A DNA stretch of 64,000 bases, filler included, from Stramenopiles sp. TOSAG23-2 (Eukaryota), in assembly GCA_900128395.1 (NCBI GenBank). It is 9 parts of 9 records of this genome, joined end to end, with 100 filler letters (N's around TTAATTAATTAA, not from the genome) between each part and the next. Parts side by side here need not be neighbours in the genome. Positions count along the whole stretch, not along the records: positions 1 to 26,289 come from LT649439.1; 8 more parts are not named here. One strand, 5' to 3'. Positions 1 through 10,125 of the stretch are shown one piece after another. Position numbers and translations under genes: made by a program. Under the pieces are notes generated by a model. The model did no database searches. It worked only from the letters and a program-made list of their open reading frames with translations, and had not been told where the DNA came from. Position 1 is the first letter of the stretch. Every line of letters starts with the position of its first letter.

Positions 1-173
1 AGCCATCGCCATGATGTGCCAACAGGATTTTTATGATGTCTCCAACAAAATGTACTATCATTATTAATAAATGTTCTTCTATTACTAGTAATTATTATTT
101 TATTCTTCTTATTGTTTTTAATGGATGTTTTTAAACATTGTTGTGATATACGTTTCAATACATGATTCATCAT
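1..173 (-). CDS. 5' part of a gene running off the window edge; transit-peptide-like N-terminus joined in frame to a TYW1-identical fragment
   Basis: Manual translation from ATG at 173: MMNHVLKRISQQCLKTSIKNNKKNKIIITSNRRTFINNDSTFCWRHHKNPVGTSWRW. Positions 3-55 are the exact reverse complement of 11465-11517. Confidence 0.55.
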   Translation of the reverse strand, partial: MMNHVLKRISQQCLKTSIKNNKKNKIIITSNRRTFINNDSTFCWRHHKNPVGTSWRW

Positions 174-430
174 TGATATATATATATCCAATTCACTTAT
201 GTAATATGTTTTTTGTTTATGTGTATTGTATATGTATATATATATGTAGACTATATATGTATATCTATATGTATATATATCTATTATTTGGTATAAAATG
301 GAATTGAAAAAGGGAAAATAAACAACACAAACAGAGTTAAAAAAATAATATATATTCCACAATATTATTATTAAATACATTTATATTACACACACACATA
401 CATGTACACGGCACAAAACAAACAACATCT

Positions 431-2209
431 CTATACAGTATAAAAACCACGTGCACGTAATTCATTAAGAATATCATTGTAAATATGTTGTGTAGAAGAA
501 TTATGTTTTAAATTACCTTTTCTAGATAAAATGTAAAAATTCGTTTTACTAGTACCATCAATAATGACTAAATATTCATCCTTGGAATCATTATATTCAC
601 CATATTTAATAAAATGTAATTCACGATGTTCATTGCTAAATATAAATGTATTTGCATCTAAATGTATTTTAGGATTGCAATATTTTAAAAATTTACGAAA
701 TATACTATTATCAATCGTATCATCACCAGTTGGTTGAACCCAAGGTTTTATAATATATTTCGCCTTTTGTTCATGATCTTCTTTGTTGTTATTATCATCA
801 TTCATCATCAATACAGCTTTATAAGCTCGTTTGCCATTATCTAATGACATCAATAAATCACCGGTACAGCTATGTGGTGGACAACGTGCAATTCCTATCA
901 TGGAACCTACTTGATCACGTGATGGGAAAAACATCTTTGATAATATTAATGATATCATATTCTTATCGTTATTAATATTATTATATGATTCTTCGATCAT
1001 CCATGTACCACGTATAGCACTTGTATCCAAATAATCATCTTTGATTCTAATATTATTATTATTATTATTACCATTTGTAGCAGTAGTAGTTGTTGATGAT
1101 ATTGATGATGATGATGCTGTTGTTGTTGTTTTTGGTTTTTTTATTTTCAATACTTTTTCTTTTAAATATAATTTACGTTCAACAATATTTTTTGTTGATA
1201 ATATTGGAAACATGATATTTTTCATACGTTTTTCTTTTTCACTAATCATTAACAATGCATCTTCCTGATCAATATTATCAAGCGATTGCATCATTAATAA
1301 TCCTGGGCCAAAGATAAGTCCAAGCATGCCAGCACCACACATAGCTATTCCTAATGATATTAATGCACCATTTAACATTTCTGGATGTCTATATGAATGT
1401 GCACGTCTGCTTGGATGATTCAGTAACCACGATATATCTTGATCTAAATGAATATCATTATTGCCACCATTTTTATCCATATTACTTTTTATCGCACGTT
1501 TCATTAAGTTTTGACGTATCAATAATTTACTATTATAATAACTTTCAATACCAATCACTGAAAGAAATAATATAGCACCAATTTTATTTATAAATGTTAA
1601 TTTTTTTCCTTTTTGATTATTCAATGCTAATGCATAAAAAGGTATGGTACAACCAACACCGTATAGATAATCTTTCAATGCATCGTATTTATCTTCACAC
1701 GTTTCCCGTATTTTCTTGGAATTCTTGTAATAGCTACCACATAAACCACTTGCAGAACAAATGAAAAACGTACCAAATATTCCATATCGAAATAAAATAG
1801 ATGGTGTTGCTTTCAATTTTTCTAAACTAGGTGCAAATTTGATGAATGGCAAAACACATGCTAATGTAAAATAAATATTTGTTTTTATAGGTTCCATATC
1901 TCCAAAAAATGGTATTTTAAATAAAGATTTCTTGCTTAAATTTTCATATGTCCAATGGGTAAAATATGCAATTCCTAATGCAATTGGACTACAAATTAAA
2001 AATGTAGTAATCGCATCACTTGTAGTATTGTTTCCAGATATGTTTGTTGTTGTTGTTGAATTATTATTATTTGAATAATATCTTCTTGATGATATAATTG
2101 TTTTATCATACTTTTTTTTTTTCCTTCGTATGATTTTTGTCGTATGACGCAATGGTACCACTACTAATGTATTAAATCGTTGTTGTAATAATCTACTAAT
2201 ATTCATCAT
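431..2209 (-). CDS. Multi-pass membrane protein with a possible DUF1295-like central region and a lipocalin-like C-terminal domain
   Basis: 592-aa ORF. Basic N-terminus ending RRYYS, several hydrophobic segments and an SYRHPE motif. The C-terminus has IRGTWMI and FYILSRK...ELRARGF, resembling lipocalin conserved regions. Confidence 0.5.
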   Translation of the reverse strand: MMNISRLLQQRFNTLVVVPLRHTTKIIRRKKKKYDKTIISSRRYYSNNNNSTTTTNISGNNTTSDAITTFLICSPIALGIAYFTHWTYENLSKKSLFKIPFFGDMEPIKTNIYFTLACVLPFIKFAPSLEKLKATPSILFRYGIFGTFFICSASGLCGSYYKNSKKIRETCEDKYDALKDYLYGVGCTIPFYALALNNQKGKKLTFINKIGAILFLSVIGIESYYNSKLLIRQNLMKRAIKSNMDKNGGNNDIHLDQDISWLLNHPSRRAHSYRHPEMLNGALISLGIAMCGAGMLGLIFGPGLLMMQSLDNIDQEDALLMISEKEKRMKNIMFPILSTKNIVERKLYLKEKVLKIKKPKTTTTASSSSISSTTTTATNGNNNNNNIRIKDDYLDTSAIRGTWMIEESYNNINNDKNMISLILSKMFFPSRDQVGSMIGIARCPPHSCTGDLLMSLDNGKRAYKAVLMMNDDNNNKEDHEQKAKYIIKPWVQPTGDDTIDNSIFRKFLKYCNPKIHLDANTFIFSNEHRELHFIKYGEYNDSKDEYLVIIDGTSKTNFYILSRKGNLKHNSSTQHIYNDILNELRARGFYTV

Positions 2210-2677
2210 ATTTTATTATTAATATATACATATATATATATATGATATGATAACATTTTGTTATATACATGGTTGATTGTATCCGTATATATAATATATA
2301 TTTTAAGATTTTTTTTTTTTTTTTTTGATTTTTTGTCAACCAAAAACTATTATATACTAACAAGTATATAAGCCTATAATTGAAAAAATGAATCTTGGTG
2401 GCAAAAAACATAGAAAGTTTAATAAATATATATATATTACCTATATATATATATAGATAGACAGATTGAGAAAAAAAAATTACTTGTTACGAAACATTGA
2501 AAAGGAACACTTACTTGCTTTCTTCCATATTGTATTTTATATTAGAATATTTAAGTGTGAAGTTATTATATATATATATATATAGTAATTTTATTTTTGT
2601 TGTTGTTGTAATTTATTAATTACATTATTATATATAGATATATATAATTAACCTTTTATTTAAAAATAAAAAAAAAA

Positions 2678-3688
2678 ATGACGACACGTACTTCTTCATT
2701 ATCAATATTAATAATATTAGTAATTGTTGTAGGAATAACAACAGCAACATCTCAAGGACAAATTAGTACTAATAATGGCAACATACATGGCTTAATCATG
2801 GGTGATTGGGGTGGGCAAGATACGAAACCATTTTATACTAGCCAAGAAGCTATGACGGCAACTGGTATGCAAAAAATAGGGGATGCTAACAATGCTTCGT
2901 TTGCATTAGCACTTGGTGATAATTTTTACAGTTTTGGTATTCAAACGGTTGAATCGACTAGGTTTCAAGATACGTTTGAAAATGTATTTACAAATCAAAT
3001 TCCATTTCATGTATTGGCAGGAAATCATGATCATCGTGGCAATGTATCTGCCCAAATTGCATATTCTGGACATTCGAAACGATGGACATATCCTTCTGAA
3101 TATTATAAATTACAAAAAATCAGCGATTCAGGTGATGTAACTTTAGATATTTTCATGATCGATACTGTGATTTTAAGTGGTAATTGTCATGTTGATTATG
3201 ATGATGAGCTTGAATTGAACGGTTCTGAGTTACCAGGGCCAAAAGTGAAAAAAGATAGCGATGACCAGCTTACATGGTTAGAAAACGAGTTGAAAGCATC
3301 AACAGCTGATTTCATCATTGTAGCTGGACATTATCCAATTTACAGTATTTGTGAACATGGCCCTACTTCATTTTTAATTAACAATGTGAAACCAATGTTG
3401 GAAAAATATAAAGTTAATGCATATATTAATGGACATGATCATTGTGCTCAAATGATTTCAATTGATGGCGATGATATTCAATACCATACAATCGGTAGTG
3501 CCCATGAAAACAATCCATCAACATCACATAAAAACGCGATTCCTTCAAATTCCTTGAAATTCCATAAAGGAAATGGTAATGGTGGTTTTGCAACGTTAAA
3601 TGTTTCAAGTGAGGGAATGGTGATTACACATTTTGATGGTGATGGGAATGAATTGTTTATAGCACCAACAAGTTCCCCAAGGAAATAA
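2678..3688 (+). CDS. ACP5: Secreted purple acid phosphatase (tartrate-resistant type 5 family)
   Basis: Signal peptide plus the metallophosphoesterase motifs GDWG, LGDNFY, GNHD, VAGHYP and GHDH. Confidence 0.92.
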   Translation: MTTRTSSLSILIILVIVVGITTATSQGQISTNNGNIHGLIMGDWGGQDTKPFYTSQEAMTATGMQKIGDANNASFALALGDNFYSFGIQTVESTRFQDTFENVFTNQIPFHVLAGNHDHRGNVSAQIAYSGHSKRWTYPSEYYKLQKISDSGDVTLDIFMIDTVILSGNCHVDYDDELELNGSELPGPKVKKDSDDQLTWLENELKASTADFIIVAGHYPIYSICEHGPTSFLINNVKPMLEKYKVNAYINGHDHCAQMISIDGDDIQYHTIGSAHENNPSTSHKNAIPSNSLKFHKGNGNGGFATLNVSSEGMVITHFDGDGNELFIAPTSSPRK

Positions 3689-4520
3689 AAATGTTATATT
3701 TATATATATCATACGAATATTAAATATGAAAAGGAAAGGAAAAGGGGGGGGGGGGGGAAGGAGAGATGCGAAAAAAAATAATATAAATAAGCAAAGAAGT
3801 AGTACTTATATAAGATATTATACCGCTTCCATTTTTTTGTTGGGCAGCATTGTGGTAATATATCTATATTATAATGGCACATATAATGGATTATTCGACA
3901 GCTTTTTTTAACTTTTTAACTTCTTCAGCTTTACCACAGGTAGCTTTTGTTGCTTTTTTAACTTATTGTGAAGTGAAACTTTGGCCCAACACTTTCTATT
4001 ATTAAAATAAAGGTTTTTATGTTACAATAAATATTATTTAATATAATATTATACAATGTTAATATATTAATTATATATCGGATATATTGATATAAAAATA
4101 GAAGATTTGAACTTTTAACCTTCTTTTTGCCGACAGGTTCTCGCCCTTGCTGACTTCACTCTACTTGATAGGATACAATACTACTTAGTATACTAATTTA
4201 AACCAAGCCTGTTCGAAGTTGATCGCCCAGTAAAATTAAAAAATAGATAAAAAAAATGGTCTCGTGCCAAGCCAGAGCAAGAAAATGGCACACGTTTAAC
4301 ATAGAAATACCATTGCTAAAAAAATTATCCATCACAATTATTACCCAATAAAGTATATATATATATAAGAAACAGACGTTGCTGGACGTACACATTGTCA
4401 ATCTATAGAATAGATAGATCAATTGATTCAATACAATCGATTAGAATACATAGACCAATTGATTCAATACATATACAATAGTTAGTGTAATCTTAGAACA
4501 ACAATTAATTATCGATAACG

Positions 4521-5576
4521 ATGAATGTATTACAAGCATCATCGTCGTTATCGGAACCAAAGAAACAAAGGGTGTTAAAACGGAAATTATCAAAAGAAGA
4601 AGCAAAAGGTGAAATGAAAAAAACAAATTTAATCATAAATCGCTCAGAAGAATTCACGTTTTATTATAAACCTGGTAGTGATGGCGTCGCTGCCTTATTA
4701 GGTGTACGTATGTTAGCAACACTGTTTGGGTTACAATTCAAATTTGTACCAGCAAATAGCTGCAACGATAAGCGATGCTTATCCGCACCTGCCGTCAAAT
4801 ATAAGAATAATTTCGTCTCAAATGCACCATTAATCATATATTTTTTAAGTTCTCATAATCCGCAAAGGAAGTTTAATATGATATATGCTGCATCAACCGA
4901 GGAAGAAGATGAAGACATGTCCTCACGTTCTACGTCCGCACCAAAAAATAAGAACAACAATGTATTATCTGGTAATATCGTAAATACCCGTTCATTATCA
5001 TTGCCTTCAAAAATACAAAATTTAAGTTTAAGTGACAGTTTAACGTTTGAGGAGGATACATCGCAAATGGATGTGTTAAATATACTCTTTGAATTAGAAC
5101 AGATTGTATCAAATGCATCTGCATTCGTAAGGCATAGCAGTTCCAAAGTAAATATGGATTCGTATGCCGGTTCTACGTTAGCATGTAAATTTCGTTCTTT
5201 AAATTTAATTATTATTGAAAATTGGAAAGCAAAAGGATTAGGAGAAAATATTAAAATCGATAGAGGTAAGCATGGGCAAAATATTGTATGCGAACTGAAT
5301 GAAACGAATAAAAAATATTACTTCTTAGGCGATAAGATATCATGCATTGATTTCCATATTGTTTCATTTGTCATTCGTTTACGTCTAATATTTGGTAAGA
5401 AAATTATCAACGGCACATTGCAACATCGTGGTAATATTTTATGGAACATTTACCATAATTTACGAAAAAATGAAATGTTAAATAATATTTTATTTGATAC
5501 AGATGATATGTATTTATTTGAAGGTTACATTACGGATGACGAAGAGGATGAAGAAGAAGATGTGAATATGCGTTGA
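4521..5576 (+). CDS. Hypothetical protein with a GST C-terminal-like segment
   Basis: 351-aa ORF. YFLGDKISCIDFHIVSFVIRL resembles the GST C-terminal N-capping motif. Acidic tail. Confidence 0.45.
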   Translation: MNVLQASSSLSEPKKQRVLKRKLSKEEAKGEMKKTNLIINRSEEFTFYYKPGSDGVAALLGVRMLATLFGLQFKFVPANSCNDKRCLSAPAVKYKNNFVSNAPLIIYFLSSHNPQRKFNMIYAASTEEEDEDMSSRSTSAPKNKNNNVLSGNIVNTRSLSLPSKIQNLSLSDSLTFEEDTSQMDVLNILFELEQIVSNASAFVRHSSSKVNMDSYAGSTLACKFRSLNLIIIENWKAKGLGENIKIDRGKHGQNIVCELNETNKKYYFLGDKISCIDFHIVSFVIRLRLIFGKKIINGTLQHRGNILWNIYHNLRKNEMLNNILFDTDDMYLFEGYITDDEEDEEEDVNMR

Positions 5577-6019
5577 GTCATGTGTAGTGGTAGAGGAGGA
5601 AAAAGGATAGATTTGTGAAAGGGGTGTGGTGTCTCTTTCTTAAAAGTTTTTTTTTTCGAATATAAATATATATATATATTTAGATACAAAATGTGGAAAC
5701 AAAAAAAACCCGTACTTATAAATTGTTTTCGTATACTAATGAGCTCCCTTACTATTTCCCGCATTTAAACCCTATTTGTAACCTCAATCGGGGGGGGTGT
5801 TTTTCAAAGTTTTTTTTTCAAAAAAAGTTTATTCTATTTTTATAAGAGTTTCAAAAACAATTTATGAAAGGTGTGTATGTGTAAAAAAGTATTTGTTATT
5901 ATTATATTTCACATACGCATCGACATATTTATTTACATCTATATGTTGTTTGGTTGATTGATGAATTCTCGAATTTTATTTTTTTTATAAATAAAATTAA
6001 TTAATAAAATAATAAAAAA

Positions 6020-7990
6020 ATGACATCATCTGTATTAGATCAATTAGTATCTGATGAGGAAATGGCGAAAGGTGTTAGTGTTGGTACCTTTCGCTGGAAA
6101 CGTGGTAAAAAAATGGTAGATATGCCACCTATACCAAAAAACAGAAACCCACCTCAATTTTTACGTGGATGGCAGCAATATTTAACGTCGCGCTGTACAA
6201 ATGAGGCTGATAGCAGACGTTTAGTAACTAAATGTCAACAAGATCCATCCATGATTGATGGTTTATCATATCCTTTAACATTATTATTTGCAATGCAACA
6301 AATATCTATAACACCACATTCAATAGAACAACTAGTTCAACAATATAACAATATGCAACAATCAAATAATGATAATAAAATATTACATAAAACGATCGAT
6401 TTTATTATATGTGGTGCAGCTGCAAAAGCAGAAGAACGTTTATTAATAGATTCAGAATATTGGAAAGAAATTGGATATCATTTTAAAAATTCGAAAATTA
6501 ATTTATATATGTGTGGTCCAGAATGTTTACCATTAGATAAAATGTCATCTGTAACAACAAAAGGTTTACAAGAAGAAATACGTTGGAAATTATTAAAACA
6601 GAAGAAGAAGAAGAAGAAGAAGAAGAAGAAAAATGACAAAACAAAACAAAATAAAAGCAGTAATGATGATATAAATAATAATAATAAAAGTTCAAAATTA
6701 CGTTTAGCAGAAAATATGACAGGTCATATCTTTGTAGGTACTAGTGATGAATTTTTTAATAAACATCCTAATTTAAAAACATATTACGATTTTGATCATA
6801 CAACTAAAACATTTCGTATGACGATAGCAATTGGATTTAACCCTGGCTTTGGTGCTGGAATACCAGAATTAATGAAAAGTTGGACAAAAAGTTTAATACA
6901 ATTAGGTAAACTAGGTATACCAACAATTTTTTCTCAAGCAAATGATTATAGTGATTTAAACGGAGAATTGCAATTATTAAAACGGGTCATTGGTGTTAAA
7001 TTTATATTAACACCAACACGAAATCCATATGCAATGGCAACTGTTGCACAAGGCCGTGTAAATGGAAAGAACGGTTGGTCATGTGGAAATTCTTATATGT
7101 ATGCATTTCAACATCTTCGTAAAGATCATGATGATGTAGGATTACCATTGGAATTAGATGGCTCATTGATAAATAAAGTATTGAAAAAAATTAGTAAAGA
7201 ATTACGTATTGCTGATATGAAAGGTGGAGTACATGGACAACCATCTAAATTGCAAATTCCAATGGATACAAATGAATGTGGTAATATTGAAATACCAAAT
7301 TTAATGAAAATTGTTATGAAAGGACAAGAAGACAAATCGTATGGAGTAATGAATGATGATCTATTAAATAATAATAATATTAATAGTAGTAGTAGTAGTA
7401 GTAGTAGTAGTAAAAATGAAAAACAAACAAACATAGTTGCCAAGAAAGAAGATAATAATAATATAAATAATAATAATAAAAATAAAAAATCAATGATAAA
7501 GAAGAAAAAAATAAAGAAGAAGACGACTATTAAAGGAGGTTTTTTAAATAATACCAACAAAAAAAAGAAGAATTCTAGTAATAATAATAATAATACCCCT
7601 ACTACTACTACTACTACTAATAATAATAATACAACTAATACTGGTAATAAAAGTGTTAATAATAAAATGAAACGAATTGTTATTACAGAAGTTGATTCAG
7701 ATGATTCATCGGATGATAATGATGATAATGAAAATGCAGAAGATGATGATGTCGTAATTGAAAAAAAAATAAGTAATGATGATCAGGCTAAGCCATCAAT
7801 AATAGAAACTACAAAAATGATCAAACCTGATGTTGTTGAAAAGAAAGATATCAACAACATAATAATAGAAGAAGATACACCATCGTCTTCTAATAATAGT
7901 AATATAATAAGTAGTAAGACATCGTCGTCGTCCTCGTATCAGCATTTTAGTGGTGAAGGTGGTATGGAAGATTTTGATGAGTTGGATTGA
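6020..7990 (+). CDS. MSS51 C-terminal/ZMYND15-like domain protein with a low-complexity tail
   Basis: 656-aa ORF with LSYPLTL, IICGA..AEE, MCGPE, GFNPGFG and SWTKSL..L..LGIP motifs. Poly-K/N/S C-terminus. Confidence 0.55.
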   Translation: MTSSVLDQLVSDEEMAKGVSVGTFRWKRGKKMVDMPPIPKNRNPPQFLRGWQQYLTSRCTNEADSRRLVTKCQQDPSMIDGLSYPLTLLFAMQQISITPHSIEQLVQQYNNMQQSNNDNKILHKTIDFIICGAAAKAEERLLIDSEYWKEIGYHFKNSKINLYMCGPECLPLDKMSSVTTKGLQEEIRWKLLKQKKKKKKKKKKNDKTKQNKSSNDDINNNNKSSKLRLAENMTGHIFVGTSDEFFNKHPNLKTYYDFDHTTKTFRMTIAIGFNPGFGAGIPELMKSWTKSLIQLGKLGIPTIFSQANDYSDLNGELQLLKRVIGVKFILTPTRNPYAMATVAQGRVNGKNGWSCGNSYMYAFQHLRKDHDDVGLPLELDGSLINKVLKKISKELRIADMKGGVHGQPSKLQIPMDTNECGNIEIPNLMKIVMKGQEDKSYGVMNDDLLNNNNINSSSSSSSSSKNEKQTNIVAKKEDNNNINNNNKNKKSMIKKKKIKKKTTIKGGFLNNTNKKKKNSSNNNNNTPTTTTTTNNNNTTNTGNKSVNNKMKRIVITEVDSDDSSDDNDDNENAEDDDVVIEKKISNDDQAKPSIIETTKMIKPDVVEKKDINNIIIEEDTPSSSNNSNIISSKTSSSSSYQHFSGEGGMEDFDELD

Positions 7991-8190
7991 AAAGTTGTAA
8001 AAAGGTAAAATTAAAAAAAGAGGACATTTAAATGTATAAATACTACGAAAGTATGATACACATATATTAATTTAATTAAAGTTCGATATTAAAAATATTT
8101 TTTCTCCCTTGCAAGATTTATTTTTAGAAACACACAACTCCTCTCTCTCCCCCCCCCCCCCCTCTCTCTTTCTTCCTCTTATTTTTTAAT

Positions 8191-9315
8191 TTACGCATCC
8201 ATTGTTAATCCATCTTTACTTCTAGCAAATGTTTGTGATACTAATAATGGCAAGACCATTGAAGCATCTGCATAAACTTTTACTGGTTTTGCACCCAAAC
8301 TAATTTTACCCCATGAAACAGCTTCATCTGGACGTGCACCAGAATCAGACCCATCAAATTCTTGCCCTGTATTTACAAATACAGCAAAATCAGCACCATT
8401 TCTCATTAAATTTGCATTACATATATGATGTTTTACTAAACCACCACCCAATATTAACATACCAGTTTTCTTTGCCCTAACTGCTTTATCATTTACAATA
8501 CGAATATCTTGCGCAATGTCTAATACAAAACCTGGGTTTTTATAGGAATGAAAATAAATCATATCGCCAACCGATCCATCTGTTAATGATGGGCACATGA
8601 CTGGAATATTATTTTTCCAACACCAATAATAAACAGATTCTTCATTGTTAATTTCTTTTCCCATTCGTGCAATCATTTTGGATGGGGACCATACCGTACC
8701 TTTCGTCTTTTGTTCCTCCAACATGGTATCTAATAATGGTGAAAACCAATCTTCAAAATGACAATAATTTTTATTTGGAATCAATAAGTTACCAATTCTA
8801 TTGATACCTTTTTTTCTCAAACCTTCCCCTTTCAATGCAAAATCACCCATGTAAGTAGGTGCAAAACATTTAATGAAATCTTCTTCAATACCCCCAGCAG
8901 TGGTGACGATAATATCAATCATTTTGTGCTGGCACATGTAACGTATCACTTCTCGGTTACCACAAGAAATCATATTTGATGTATAACCAAAGAAAATCGT
9001 TGCTTTCACTTTTTTCCTATTTTCCATATCTTTAAATTCATCATCTTCATCTTCTTTGATTGGATCATCGGATAAACGCCATTTTCTCATACGCTTGATC
9101 TCATGAATAGCTTTCCCTAAATTTGATGCTTGGAATCCATGAGTAGCATACGATGCCATTAATTTATCAAAATCGACCCCATCATTAAAATCATATCCTT
9201 TAACATGTTTCGAACCTTCTGGCATTGTTTCACTTTTTACCATAACAGCTGCAGCTGCTTCTTTTGGCACACCAGCTTTGATTAACGTTGCTTCATTTTC
9301 TGTTATTGTTGCCAT
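8191..9315 (-). CDS. DHPS: Deoxyhypusine synthase
   Basis: [43 protein letters not shown] and [18 protein letters not shown]. Confidence 0.97.
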   Translation of the reverse strand: MATITENEATLIKAGVPKEAAAAVMVKSETMPEGSKHVKGYDFNDGVDFDKLMASYATHGFQASNLGKAIHEIKRMRKWRLSDDPIKEDEDDEFKDMENRKKVKATIFFGYTSNMISCGNREVIRYMCQHKMIDIIVTTAGGIEEDFIKCFAPTYMGDFALKGEGLRKKGINRIGNLLIPNKNYCHFEDWFSPLLDTMLEEQKTKGTVWSPSKMIARMGKEINNEESVYYWCWKNNIPVMCPSLTDGSVGDMIYFHSYKNPGFVLDIAQDIRIVNDKAVRAKKTGMLILGGGLVKHHICNANLMRNGADFAVFVNTGQEFDGSDSGARPDEAVSWGKISLGAKPVKVYADASMVLPLLVSQTFARSKDGLTMDA

Positions 9316-10125
9316 TTTATTATATTTTATATATATGTATATATATATATATATTATATATATAGGTGGGTATATATTTGTTTTTTATATATCTTTTTCT
9401 ATGTATGTATATATGTGAGTATATATATGGTTCTTTCTTGTTGCAATAATCTTCTATTTTATGTATCTTGTATATAGAAAGAGCGAGATGGATGGTCTAT
9501 CGTCACACACACACAATATATATATATATTGTGGACGACATGAAAAATATGATGTGTAATGTGTAAAACAATTTCGCGAGAATTAGTTTTATTTAAGGTA
9601 TATAGTATTAAGAATCTTACACCCTTCGTAAGTATAATATTGGTATTCAATGTAATCATATATATCCAATACATAACGTAAATTATCGATTTAATACAAA
9701 AGTACAGGATGCACAACGCTCTCAGGAACGCAAATTAATTATACATTTAAACCTTACATAATGTTTCGAACCCTAATTTCTAACCTCATCGTCCTCGACG
9801 TGCGCGAACCACCGAATGCCCACAGCCACGGGCGCGTGTAATGATATGTGCCTTGTATATAATTATATCGAAAAGGTCCGCAAACACGCGCGAGATGATT
9901 TTCCCAAGTATAAATTATTCTACCCAATTCCATACTGTGTATATATTAATCCTTAGACTACTAAAAAACACACCTACCAATCGGCAACAATTTGTGTTTT
10001 TAAGAAGAAATGAAGGAAAAATTTTATATACTAAAAATGAATTATATATATAAATAAAAAGTGATGTGGGATGTAGATGCAATGACAAGACACACAGAAA
10101 CAAAAATGTACAACAATTTGTAACC

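Noticed and set aside
4125..4134. TTTTGCCGAC motif also at 16375 (reverse) and 22665
   Set aside because: Few independent occurrences and inconsistent orientation to genes. I cannot separate it from chance by eye.
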